Below, piece after piece: positions 1 to 10,960 of a stretch of DNA of 41,161 nucleotides. The stretch's first letter is position 1. Each line of letters starts with the position of its first letter. The notes beneath the pieces were generated by a model. That model made no database searches and was not told where the DNA came from. It saw only the letters and a program-made list of their open reading frames with translations. The translations under genes and the position numbers were made by a program. The stretch is from Octopus bimaculoides (lineage: Eukaryota), in the NCBI RefSeq assembly GCF_001194135.2, contig NC_069008.1, forward strand, positions 4,448,402 through 4,489,562, given 5' to 3'.

Positions 1-350
1 TCCAACGGAGCATACCGGCTTCATTCCTTGCGAGCTTATGTATGTCCTCAGCAGTTACAGCCCATGTTTCACTGCCATGTAGCATGGCTGTACGTACGCA
101 TGCATCATACAGTCTGCCTTTTACTCTGAGTGAGAGTCCCTTTGTCGCCAGCAGGGGTAAGAGCTCTCTAAACTTTGCCCAGGCTATTCTTATTCTAGCA
201 GCTACACTTTCAGCGCACCCACCCCCACTACTAACTTGGTCGCCCAGATAGCGGAAGCTATCGACTACCTCTAGTTTTTCACCCTGGAATGAGATAGAAG
301 TTGTTTCCTGTTTGTTTACAGTCTTTATTGCACCTGAACAGTCTTTACAT
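1..350 (-). mobile_element. RTE-clade LINE fragment (RT C-terminal region), 5'-truncated, runs off the window start
   Basis: Minus-strand frame reads CKDCSGAIKTVNKQETTSISFQGEKLEVVDSFRYLGDQVSSGGGCAESVAARIRIAWAKFRELLPLLATKGLSLRVKGRLYDACVRTAMLHGSETW...; same family as 24860-27808 and 22630-23428. Confidence 0.9.
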
Positions 351-507
351 TTACATTTGCAGTTTATTCATTTTGTAATAAAAAGTTTATGACTATTATC
401 AAGAAAAATATACTAATTATTTTTATTAATTATGTTATTATTTGTTTCATCATTTCATGAAAGGATATAAAAATATAATTCTTCAAATTAATGTTAAAAA
501 ATATATA

Positions 508-802
508 CAGGTACCAAACCTCTTATCCGGAATCGAGAAATCTGGAATTACCAGAAATCTGGCTAGCTTTGAATTTTGTGGGCTGTAGTAGTTCACTGTG
601 TGGCCGCTTTGTTTTGGTTTCTGTGGCGTATGTGTCACAAGACACCAGTTCTTGTATACATATACAGTTCCTGTATGTGCTATACGATTTTGTCCTTTAC
701 TTTCAGTTGTTTATTTTATATTATCAATATATATTTAGCCTGTGTCCAGAAATCTGGACCACCTCTGGTCCCAAGATTGTCAGATAAGAGGTTCGGTACC
801 TG
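508..802. mobile_element. Non-autonomous Tc1/mariner (pogo/Tigger-like) MITE
   Basis: TIRs CAGGTACCAAACCTCTTATC (508-) and GATAAGAGGTTCGGTACCTG (-802), flanked by TA at 506-507 and 803-804; no coding capacity. Confidence 0.8.
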
Positions 803-1851
803 TATCTTAAAAAATATTTTCTTCATAATTTCATGTTGATAGGTAGTAAAAGAAGATAATTCATATGATGGGTGATTAACTTGAATTTTGGAAAAGCGAA
901 CAGAGTTGGAAGCAACAGTTCAATCAGCTGAGAATAAGAATTTTCAATAGACACAGGATTATTTAGCATTCTCTATGAACAATAACAAGATACTTTCATT
1001 CAAATATTTGCAAGTTTCTGCTGAGGTATTTATGCAACTACTTTAGGATGGATTGGTAATTCTTGCAAACAAATGTGGATTGGATTTTGAGTCTAGGATT
1101 GAAGTCTCCCTATAAAACCTCTGTCTATTGATCAAGTGATTAGTAGAGAAATGAAGACTAAAAGAATCTCCTCACATAAAGTTAAGGTAATTCTTTAGTC
1201 TATCCAGTGACAGGTCAGTTTTTCTAGTGCAGGTGTCACAATAAACTACATTCAATACACCAAAAATGATGACAGCAACAATAATAATGATGATGACAAC
1301 AACAAAAATGATGATGACAACAACAAAAATAATGATAACAAGAATCTTGACGATGGTGATAACAGAATTATGCTTACGATTTTTTATCTATAGTTACATT
1401 AATGATTCGATGCAAATTTCTGGATTTATTCACACACAGCTAACAAAAAGAACATATGATATAAGGTAAATATAAGTGTCTGTTTTTAAATGTATTTTCT
1501 ATGACATTATAACAGATGAGTGACAAACTACATGCAGCAAGTTGTTAGCTATCAGGACATAGCATTCTTCAAAAACTCCCTCCTTCCTGAAATTTCCAAG
1601 GACTACTCCTGATATGCCAATGCACCCTTTCCTCTTTATAGCTCTTTTACCGTTCAATTTTCTTTCTGAGTTTTACTCTGTGTGCTATGCATGCACTTTT
1701 GGTTATCATTGCTGTCTTTCTTTACTTGATTTATTGTAGCTTTTTGCTCCCTCTTTTATCCTTTTCTGAAAAGTTGTAGTGTACCTGAACTCCATATACA
1801 ATAAACTCATCATCATCATCATCATTATTATTATTATTATTATTATTATTA

Positions 1852-2074
1852 GGCAGTGAGCTGGCAGAATCGTTAGCATGCTGGGTAAAATGCTTAGCGG
1901 TATTTTGTCTGTCTTTATGTTTGACGTTCAAATGTCGGCAAGGTTGACTTTGTCTTTTGTCCTTTCTGGGTCGATGGAATAAGTACCAGTTATATACTGG
2001 AGTTGATACAATTGACTAGCCCCCACCCCAAAATGTCAGGCCTTGTGACTTTAGTAGAAAGGATTATTATTATT
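1852..2074 (+). mobile_element. tRNA-derived SINE (octopus OK/OR-type), copy 1 of a tandem pair
   Basis: Pol III A-box-like GCTGGCAGAATCGTTAGC, B-box-like GTTCAAAT, short (ATT)n tail; homologous to 2076, 11118 and 11337. Family name recalled, not searched. Confidence 0.8.
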
Positions 2075-2075
2075 A

Positions 2076-2288
2076 GGTGGCGAGCTGGCAGAATCGTTAG
2101 CACACTGGGTGAAATGCTTAGCGGTATTTCGTCCATCGCTACAATTCTGAATTCAAAATTCCACCGAGATCAACTTTGCCTTTCATCCTTTTGGGGTCAG
2201 AAAATTAAGTACCAGTGAAACATTAGGGTTGATGTAATTGACTCATCCATTGCCCCCAAATGGCTGCCCTTGTGGCAAAATTTGAAAC

Positions 2289-2351
<63 letters not shown>
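2076..2351 (+). mobile_element. tRNA-derived SINE, copy 2 of a tandem pair, with long (ATT)n tail
   Basis: Same head (GGTGGCGAGCTGGCAGAATCGTTAGCAC) and body as the 1852 copy; (ATT)n tail about 2290-2351. Confidence 0.8.
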
Positions 2352-2531
2352 CATTTACTTCTCAGTGCTCTTGATCTTACTTGCACTGGTTAATTCTGAG
2401 AGCAGACAACATCTTATTGTTAAAGGTCCCGTAGGGTCACTTTCCACAAATTATATGACTTGGTGCTTAGGTGTTAAGTATCAAGGAAAATACTCAAAAC
2501 CCAAGTGTCCTAGCTTTCTCCAATAGAGCAG

Positions 2532-2532
<1 letters not shown>

Positions 2533-2609
<77 letters not shown>

Positions 2610-3010
2610 GTTGTTATTATTGAGTGAGAGAGCAGTGCATGCCATCAAAGTGACACTGGGGTAAAATATACGAAGCCCAGTATACCCATCATGACTACCC
2701 GTCTGATAAGGGTACACCAAGCACATGCATCACAACCATATGTGCATGACATGGTGATCTCATATCAAGATAAACAGTGCATGACCTCGCAGGTGGGGCC
2801 CAGTTAGAATTTTCTTCAGGTCGAGTAGCCCATCCTGTTCAAAAGGTTTGTTTGAGGATGTTGAGCAACACCCATGTTTCCAAAGGTGAATTATTCAAAC
2901 TCCAAAGAATTCCTCTCAACACATGGCTATGATGCTCCCCCACTACTTCAGCTTATGATCAGAGATGCACATATCGTCAGCCACCAAGGGACATGCTCAA
3001 CTGGTTAAGG
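2533..3010 (-). mobile_element. Interspersed repeat with (AAT)n 3' tail, probable non-LTR retroelement 3' end
   Basis: A relatively GC-rich body of about 390 bp (2622-3010) abuts a (TTA)n tract at 2533-2621 that reads as an (AAT)n tail on the minus strand. Confidence 0.55.
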
Positions 3011-3330
3011 TAAAACTAAAAATTTTAGAAGTAAAACTAACAATTTTAAAATATGTTCTAGGTGTATAGAAATAAAGTGGTTTTCAGATATCAATGAAAA
3101 CTATTAAACAATTAGCACATGACATAAAGTAAATATAAGAGATTGTTTGTTCTTAAATGGTTCTTCCATGATATAAAATTAAAACTAATACTTTGAGATA
3201 GTAGATATTAAAATATATTCTACTTGATAGGAATCAAATGATTGTTAAATAGCAACAAAAATATTAAGCATATTAACATGTGTGATACAAAGGTGGGTAT
3301 GAAAATGCCATAACAACACTAAAGTGATAT

Positions 3331-3440
3331 TTAGTACTTTGTACTAAACAATGTAGACTGCTTGTCAAATTTGTCACATTCCACTTGGAATCTCTCATTT
3401 TGAGAAACTGTGAACCGATTCTTCCAGTCACCAACAAGAC
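3331..3440 (-). CDS. Cytosolic sulfotransferase (SULT1-like), coding exon 5 (last)
   Basis: Acceptor tattttacAG; completes RKG then LVGDWKNRFTVSQNERFQVECDKFDKQSTLFSTKY*. Contains the GxxGDWK motif and the KxxxTVxxxE dimerisation motif; TAA at 3333-3331. Confidence 0.93.
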
Positions 3441-3747
3441 CTGTAAAATAAAAGATACTTTGGATATGAAAGCTTCATGTCTATAATAAGTAGAAGCCTT
3501 CTTTTTTTTTATATATATCTTCTGGAATATAAGATCAATTGCCAGTCAAATAAAAATTTTATTGTAATGTGATCAATACTAAAAGGCTACTTGTGATAAA
3601 GAAATATTTATAAAGTTACATAAAGTGATTTAAGTGCTACAGGTCAGAATGACAACAGACAAAGCTTGTCATTAAATAAACAACAAAAATAACAGCAGAT
3701 ATTAATATTAACAAAACAACAATTAAAAGGAAAAGTAATAAAATAAT

Positions 3748-3827
3748 CTTTTATTCTTTATTTTTACTTGTTTTAGTCATTGGACTGTGGTCATACTGGG
3801 GCACTGCCTCAAAGGGTTTAGTTCAAT
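3748..3827 (-). mobile_element. 3' tail fragment of the CORE-type SINE family
   Basis: Reverse complement matches the tail ...GGCAGTGCCCCAGTATGACCACAGTCCAATGACTAAAACAAGTAAAA of the 12763 copy. Confidence 0.7.
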
Positions 3828-3861
3828 GGGTGTTGGGTGTCCACACACACACACACACATA

Positions 3862-5169
3862 CAGGTGCAGTGAATGAATAAACTGTCTAAATTATGCAAA
3901 AATGAAAATAACACCGATATATCGTTTTGACAGATACATTAATCAAAATTACATAAAAATATCTTGAAATACTAAAGAGTAAATTTATTCAATAGAATTG
4001 CCATCGGCTTCAACCACGGCCTCCAGACAACTTCGGAATCTCCTGCAATTCTTCTGGATGGTCTCCTTGTTTAAGTTGGTGTATGCTGCCATAATCCTTG
4101 CCTTCAGTTCATCTTTGGTGTTACAAGGAGTTTTGTTGGTCTCTTGGTCAGCTCTGCCTCACACATAATAATCAAGTGGGGTTGCAGTCTGAGGAGTTAG
4201 GTGGCCAGATGTTAGGGGTAATGTGGTCACAAAAATTGTCTGACAGTCACGACTGGGTTCTCCTGCTTGTGTGACATGGTGCAGAGTCCTGTTGCCAGAC
4301 ACAGGGTCTTCCAGCAGCCACCCTCTTGACTCAGGGCAGCACTATCTCCTCCAGAAACTTAATGTACGCCTTTGTGTTGCGTCTGAGGCCATGTAGGAAA
4401 ATGAAAGGAGGCATAACGTCGCCATCACTAGCTATCACTCCAAACATCATGATGTTGACTGGATGTTTGATTTTTATCACTCTCGGTACATGTTTTGGGG
4501 CCACAGTAAGCCAACATTTGTTCTGTGTGTTCACCATCTGATCACAGCAGAAATTTTTCTTCTCTGAGAAAAAACAAAGCATGTTCGGTTGGAAGGGGAT
4601 GCTTGAGTTTGTTCAAAAGCTTCATAGTACAGTCTTTCTTCTTGTCCTTGATGGCTTGGGATAAAAATTGGCCCGTTCTCATCTTGTTTGAGGAATACCG
4701 AATGTCTTAATGCACTACCTGCCTGATAAGTAATTCAGACACTTCCATGTCCCTGGCGATGGACCTGATTGACTTGGAAGGATTCTTGTTAATCATGGTC
4801 TTGATCTCACCAGCAAATTCAGAAGTTCTTTTCTCATCAGAACAATCAGAGTGAGTTCTCCGAGCTGCCGTACCTTCGTAATCACCATTAGACTCATCCA
4901 GCTCTTTCCAAATCCTTTGCACTGTCCTCAGATTGACACCCAAACACTCCAAAATGTTCGTATTGGAGCTTCTGGTGCAAATGCCAAGCAGTACAGCATG
5001 TCGTTTCCAAATTTCTGGTAGAGTAAATTTTGTCATGGTGCTTTTTTTTTTTCTCACAGAGGGTGCCCAACTGACCCTACCATACTGTGTAGTCAACAAA
5101 ATCGAAAACAAACAACCCAAATGCGTGAAAATAAAATTATAAGGTGGCGACAATTTACCCCTTGCACCC

Positions 5170-5171
<2 letters not shown>
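3862..5171 (-). mobile_element. Tc1/mariner superfamily transposon, DD37D (maT-like), transposase pseudogene 5036-3985
   Basis: HTH N-terminus (MTKFTLPEIWKRHAV...), then (D)EKNF, WQQDSAPCH and NSSDCNP(L)DY with 37 residues between the 2nd and 3rd D counted by hand; internal stops and a +1 frameshift; TA flanks; right TIR 5138-5171, left TIR degenerate. Confidence 0.88.
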
Positions 5172-5208
<37 letters not shown>

Positions 5209-5211
5209 GTA

Positions 5212-5245
5212 CAGGGTGCAAGAGGTAAATTGTTGCCACCTTATA
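5212..5245 (+). mobile_element. TIR of a second maT copy running into the N gap
   Basis: 32/34 identical to the reverse complement of 5138-5171; preceded by TA. Confidence 0.7.
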
Positions 5246-5454
5246 NNNNNNNNNNNNNNNNNNNNNNNNNNNNNNNNNNNNNNNNNNNNNNNNNNNNNNN
5301 NNNNNNNNNNNNNNNNNNNNNNNNNNNNNNNNNNNNNNNNNNNNNNNNNNNNNNNNNNNNNNNNNNNNNNNNNNNNNNNNNNNNNNNNNNNNNNNNNNNN
5401 NNNNNNNNNNNNNNNNNNNNNNNNNNNNNNNNNNNNNNCCCCCCCCCCATATAT

Positions 5455-5662
5455 ATTTACTAATTTATAATTATATAATATAATTATATTGAAGGATGCA
5501 GATAAACCCCACTAACACACTAGAAAAAGTTGTCAAATGGCTCTAAAAACCACATCTACATTCCGTTAGCACAGGCTGTAAGTGGGCAGATGACAAATGA
5601 ATAAGATTTTTTTTAAAAATTGGTTAATTGTAGATCAATTTCTGGCTTAGTGTTAAAAAAAT
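5455..5662. repeat. Partial copy (part of arm plus spacer) of the 5884-6379 foldback element
   Basis: Direct repeat of about 5952-6159. Confidence 0.8.
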
Positions 5663-5883
5663 CCTTGCCTTCTTCATTACATTATGCCAAGAATATATAT
5701 AAGCAAATATTTATGCATACTCATATGAACAACCTATATCCACACAACCGTATACATACATTTGCATGTATACACTAGTTAAAACTAATTTTTTTCATCT
5801 CAGCCATATGCTTTTACTATTGAAATAATATCGCAGCAAATGCAATTTGATCAGGAGCAAATAAATATTTTTTATATAAAATC

Positions 5884-6379
5884 AAGGATAAAATCACTTT
5901 AACAATTTTATCAAGTGGCCAGCGTGAAATAAGAAATCACAATGGTTACAATTTATACTAATTTATAATCATATAATATAATTATATTGAAGGGTGTGGA
6001 TAAACCCCAGCAACACACTAGAAATAGATGCCAAATGGCTCTAAAAACCACATCTACACTCCGTTAGCATGGGTTGTAAGTGGACAGATGAAAAATGAAT
6101 AGGATTAAAAAAAAAATTGGTTAATTGTAGATCAATTTCTGGCTTAGTGTTAAAAAAATGCTATTCATTTTTCATGTGCCCACTTCCAACCTGTGCTAAT
6201 GGAATGTAGATGTGGTTTTTAGAGCCATTTGGAGTCTATTTCTAGCATGTTGGTGGGATTTATCTGCACTCTTCCATATAATTATATTATATAATTATAA
6301 ATTAGTATAAATTGTAACCAGTATGGTTTTTTATTTCACACTGGCCAGGTGATAAAATCATTAAAGTGATTTTATCCTT
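5884..6379. mobile_element. Foldback/MITE-like element, inverted arms of about 220 bp and a 58-bp spacer
   Basis: 5884-6102 is the imperfect reverse complement of 6161-6379. Confidence 0.8.
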
Positions 6380-6390
6380 AGTTTTGTATG

Positions 6391-6786
6391 TGGCTGTGTG
6401 NNNNNNNNNNNNNNNNNNNNNNNNNNNNNNNNNNNNNNNNNNNNNNNNNNNNNNNNNNNNNNNNNNNNNNNNNNNNNNNNNNNNNNNNNNNNNNNNNNNN
6501 NNNNNNNNNNNNNNNNNNNNNNNNNNNNNNNNNNNNNNNNNNNNNNNNNNNNNNNNNNNNNNNNNATATATATATATATATATATATATAGGTATATGTT
6601 TGTGTGTCTGTGTTTGTCCCCCTAACATTGTTTGACAACTGATGCTGGTGTGTTTACATCTCTGTAACATAACGGTTTGGCAAAAAGAGACTGATACAAT
6701 AAGTACTAGGCTTATAAAGAAAATAAATCTTGGGGGCGATTTGCACAACTAACGGCAATGCTCCAGCATGGCTACAGTCAAATGAC
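6391..6786 (+). mobile_element. CORE-type tRNA SINE (octopus OR-like), interrupted by an N gap
   Basis: TGGCTGTGTG head before the gap; (TA)n, then TTTGTGTGTCTGTGTTTGTCCCCC...GCTCCAGCATGGCTACAGTCAAATGAC, matching the 12763 and 7084 copies. Confidence 0.75.
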
Positions 6787-7080
6787 AAGATACTGCAATA
6801 GCCTGGGCTTCAGAGGTTCACAGCTCTTCAATATCCTCCTGAAGGAGGTGTTTTCAAAATAAAGCTGGACCTCTTACTGTCAAGTGTCCCAGATAAACCA
6901 ACTTCGTGGCAGGAGGTGCAGATGAGGGCAGCTGCATCAAACTCTTTCATGCACAAAATGTCAATTCCTAAAAAGCATTCATGGGGTAAAATTCTGTTGC
7001 AACACCAAATGGCGGTGCCCCAGCATAGTCACAGGTCGTGAGCTGAAACTAGATAGAATAAAAAAATAAATAAAATAAAA
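6787..7080 (+). mobile_element. 3' end of a CR1/L2-like LINE (ORF C-terminus, 3' UTR, A-rich tail)
   Basis: Reads RYCNSLGFRGSQLFNIL / VFKIKLDLLLSSVPDKPTSWQEVQMRAAASNS, resembling the post-RT NSxxxRGxxLFNxLP..FKxxLD..PD.P..RAAxSNS region; ends in (AATAA)-rich tail. Clade assignment recalled. Confidence 0.6.
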
Positions 7081-7083
7081 CAT

Positions 7084-7181
7084 ATTCTTTTACTTGTTTC
7101 AGTCATTTGACTGCGGCCATGCTGGAGCACCGCCTTTAGTCGAGAAACTCAACCCCAGGACTTATTCTTTGTAAGCCTAGT
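7084..7181 (-). mobile_element. CORE-type SINE 3' end, running into an N gap
   Basis: Near-identical reverse complement of about 12811-12906. Confidence 0.85.
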
Positions 7182-7691
7182 NNNNNNNNNNNNNNNNNNN
7201 NNNNNNNNNNNNNNNNNNNNNNNNNNNNNNNNNNNNNNNNNNNNNNNNNNNNNNNNNNNNNNNNNNNNNNNNNNNNNNNNNNNNNNNNNNNNNNNNNNNN
7301 NNNNNNNNNNNNNNNNNNNNNNNNNNNNNNNNNNNNNNNNNNNNNNNNNNNNNNNNNNNNNNNNNNNNNNNNNNNNNNNNNNNNNNNNNNNNNNNNNNNN
7401 NNNNNNNNNNNNNNNNNNNNNNNNNNNNNNNNNNNNNNNNNNNNNNNNNNNNNNNNNNNNNNNNNNNNNNNNNNNNNNNNNNNNNNNNNNNNNNNNNNNN
7501 NNNNNNNNNNNNNNNNNNNNNNNNNNNNNNNNNNNNNNNNNNNNNNNNNNNNNNNNNNNNNNNNNNNNNNNNNNNNNNNNNNNNNNNNNNNNNNNNNNNN
7601 NNNNNNNNNNNNNNNNNNNNNNNNNNNNNNNNNNNNNNNNNNNNNNNNNNNNNNNNNNNNNNNNNNNNNNNNNNNNNNNNNNNNNNNNNNN

Positions 7692-7722
<31 letters not shown>

Positions 7723-7843
7723 CATACACACACACTTGCTCATTATTATCAACAAGCAATATCATGAAAACGAATGACGTAATCTGGTTGAAATGGTGAA
7801 GGAAAGAATAAATGAAAGAAAGCATAAATGAAAGGATCCGTAC

Positions 7844-8006
7844 CTTTACGATAAAGAGATTCTCCAGAAGTTCTAAGGGTGCAATCTGCTTGTTTTGCTA
7901 CTCTCATTTTGGAAAACGAACATTTGTCAGCAATATCTTTAAAAAGTTGGTCATTTTTAGGAAGACCTAAAAACTCGGACACTTTAGCCACATTGCCGAC
8001 TGGATC
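7844..8006 (-). CDS. Cytosolic sulfotransferase, coding exon 4
   Basis: Acceptor ctttAG, phase 0; DPVGNVAKVSEFLGLPKNDQLFKDIADKCSFSKMRVAKQADCTLRTSGESLYRK+G; donor GTACGG, phase 1; 163 nt. Confidence 0.92.
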
Positions 8007-8089
8007 CTAAAGTAAGTATGAAAAAAGACACAAACTATTTCAACTGTGCAATATACAGAAAAATGCAAGAATAAATTTGATATAAATGC

Positions 8090-8337
8090 TTAACCCTTTT
8101 GGATTTAAACAGGCCATATCTGTTCAAATCACACCTATTTTATGTTGAAACTGGCCAGATCTGACCTCTCGCACCAACCCTATAATATTATTCAAAAAAA
8201 TTAACTGTTATCCCATCAAAATCTCCATGCTACAAGATAATTCAAGGATTAATACAAGATAATTCATGAGTAATTTAAAACAGTATGAATAAATAAGTAT
8301 TATAATTGACAGAGTAATCTGAATGCTTAAGGGTTAA
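8090..8337. mobile_element. piggyBac-type MITE (TTAA target duplication)
   Basis: TTAA-CCCTTT...AAGGG-TTAA termini; homologous and inverted relative to 9606-9817. Confidence 0.75.
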
Positions 8338-9166
8338 CCAGTTTAATATAGCAGTGAGACATATCATTATATAAGTGTTTAATGTAAAACTTTGTGGTTT
8401 TAGAAGACCTGTGTTGTATGGCTATCAACAAATCAGAAGAAGATTAAAAGTGTGAAAAACCTTCATGATATTGTCTGTTCCACAGCACAATTCCGAAGAG
8501 TCTAATTGCATACAAATATAGGAAGTAAGATTTATAGGTACTCCACCAATGCCAGACCTCAAGATGGAACCAGCAGAAAATTTATCAAAGGGTTCTGAGC
8601 TCACATGGAACAAATAGAAATGTTTTAATCAATTTCACATTGAATGTTTTTACCAGACATATCAAAGTGACTTGGGGAGAAAACGTGTAACAACAGTACA
8701 GTTTGAACCATGTCCCACTGGCTGGCTTACTAATAATTGAATCAGTTTTGTTGTTTGAATGGTTTGAGAATTGATACAAATATTGCACAAGGTTGAGTGA
8801 AAAAAAGGGGCAAAGATTTGCTATAGACGTGAAACAATAATATTACTTGGTTTCCAAGATAGGTAGAAGGCCCCAAATTTAAGGAGAAAGTTTAGCTGAT
8901 TATATTAATTCTAGTATAAGATTAATACTTTATTTTACCAATCCTGGAAAGTCAAAATGCAAAATTGGCCTCAGTGAGACTGGATTCAATGGAGCCAAGT
9001 GGAAGTGTTCTGATGTTTCTAATAAAACTTTATTTGTCAATAAACTCTGCTGAGTTATCTTTATTTTTCATTTTACTTCTGAATTTTTCAAATTGTAAAA
9101 GTAATTTATGGACACCCTGTATGTATATGTGAAATTGTGTGTTGAAATAGATATCGTTATACCTTG

Positions 9167-9506
9167 GGTTGGTCATTTTTTTTTTTTTGCCAAATAAACA
9201 CACGCACTATATACTTGTCCTTCACTTTAGCTTTATAATTGTTCTTATTTTAATGTCCTTTGTTTCAAATCTTTCATCACACATCCTGTGATCTCTTCAG
9301 TGACTCTCCATCTCATGTGTCTCCTCCTGTTCTGTTTAGTCCATTCTGTCTTTCTATGCATTTGCATATGTGAGTGTTTTGTATGTGTGTTTTGTGTGTG
9401 TATATAAGGGTTTGCTTACTGTACTGTTTGTACCCATGTCTTTTATGTAGTGAAGGACAAGTATAAAGTGCGTGTGTTCATTTGGTGAAAATAAAAATGA
9501 CAATCC
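9167..9506. mobile_element. MITE-like element with inverted ends of about 60 bp
   Basis: 9167-9226 (...CCAAATAAACACACGCACTATATACTTGTCCTTCACT) is the imperfect reverse complement of 9449-9506. Confidence 0.7.
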
Positions 9507-9605
9507 TGAAATATAAATATATGTATGTATTATTTTTTGGCATTGAAGAAATGGAAGGTTAGTCTTTGTTATAATGATTAAAGAGAATAAAATTAAGTTT
9601 ATCTT

Positions 9606-9817
9606 TTAACCTTTTAGCATTCAGATTACTCTGTTACTCTGTCAAATGTAACAATTATTTATGCATATTGTTTCAAATTTAACCATGCATTATCTTGTGA
9701 CTTTTAGACTTCAATGATGTGAGGGTTTACTTTTAGAATAGGTAGGAAAGACCAGACCTGGCTGCTTTGAACATAAAACAGGTAGAATATTTGTGCCAGT
9801 TTAAATGCAAAGGTTAA
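9606..9817. mobile_element. piggyBac-type MITE, second copy, opposite orientation
   Basis: TTAA-CCTTTT...AAAGG-TTAA; shares GACAGAGTAATCTGAATGCT and other blocks with the 8090 copy on the opposite strand. Confidence 0.75.
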
Positions 9818-9848
9818 TGAAACAGAAGAATGAGTCAAGATATTTCAC

Positions 9849-9952
9849 CTTTTTAAGATCTTCATATTTAACTATCAATATGGGTAGATCAGGATGGTCT
9901 TTGATATCTTTCTCCCACTGCAGCATATATTGAAACCAGTTGCCATAATTCA
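9849..9952 (-). CDS. Cytosolic sulfotransferase, coding exon 3
   Basis: Acceptor tgtttcAG, phase 1; (L)NYGNWFQYMLQWEKDIKDHPDLPILIVKYEDLKK; donor GTGAAA, phase 0; 104 nt; YGxW and YEDxK motifs. Absent from the ORF track because it is short. Confidence 0.92.
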
Positions 9953-10116
9953 CTGAAACAATACAACATGGATTTTCAGTGAGTGTGACTGTATGTGTAG
10001 TTATTCATATACGCATGAGGATATACATGTATGTGTATATATTAAATTGTGTAGATATTAAGATGGATGTATATGTGTATGTATGTATATATTTTAAAAG
10101 AAAATAACACAAAATA

Positions 10117-10960
10117 TGAGGTGGTATCAAAAAGTGCCTAGACTAGTTCTGTAGTATGCCAACAGATGGCAGCACACAGTTGTGTGCACAGTGAAATCTA
10201 GCAGTGACCTTCATGAGGCAGTGTGCTGAGTAATACCGCTGTGTTTACTTTGCAAGTTGTGAAATTTGTGTTTTTGTGATCACATATATGCTGTAGTCTG
10301 CAATTTTGTCATGGACAGGAATAAAGGGCCATTGTGAAATTTTGTGTTAAACTTGGGAAGTCTGCTACAGAGACATTGAACATGACAAGGCAATGGGTTT
10401 TACATAATGTTTAGAGTGGTATGGGACTTCGAAAACAGAACATCCTTGGAAGATGATGAGCAATCTGGAACACCTGCCATGAGCATCACCATCGGAAATG
10501 TGGTGAAAATTCATCAGCTTGTGCATGAGGATTGTTGGAGGACAATCAATGACATTACTGATGTTGTTGGTCTGTTCTATGAGTCCGTGCAGGCAATCCT
10601 AATATCTGGATTCTTCATGACAACAATACACTCTGTCACTAAGCTCCTCCTATCACTTCCACACCCACCCTATTCACCAGATTTAGTACCTATGGACTTT
10701 TATCGTTTCCCCAAGATGAAAATGCAGCTCAAAGGTCACTGCTTTAACACTGTTGTTGAGATCAAGAGCGAATTGTAGAAGATCCTTGATACACTTACGG
10801 AAAACAACTTCCAGGCCGGATTCCAAAAGTGGCAGGGACACTGGGACCAGTGTATTGCTGTACAAGGTGACTATTTTGAAGGAAATGATGTTAAAACTTA
10901 GGTAAATAAGTTATTTTTTATTAAACATAACTAGTCCAGGAACTTTTTGATACCACCTCA
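10117..10960 (+). mobile_element. Internally deleted mariner (DD34D-type) element
   Basis: TIRs TGAGGTGGTATCAAAAAGT(G/T)CCT(A/G)GACTAGTT with TA flanks (10115-16, 10961-62); transposase remnants TSLEDDEQSG, HPPYSPDLVPMDF and GDYFEG; the central catalytic region is missing (844 bp total). Confidence 0.9.

Noticed and set aside
1852-1930. tRNA gene candidates at SINE heads (also 2076, 11118, 11337, 19358)
   Set aside because: A and B boxes are present but there is no cloverleaf, and they continue into repeat bodies with simple-repeat tails.
3010-3330. SULT polyadenylation signal
   Set aside because: No minus-strand AATAAA or ATTAAA found close to the stop; the 3' end cannot be placed from sequence.
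8400-8620. Possible SULT exon or transposase (NARPQ) in ORF 8425-8613
   Set aside because: No SULT motif and the gene model is complete without it; the NARP similarity is too short to call.
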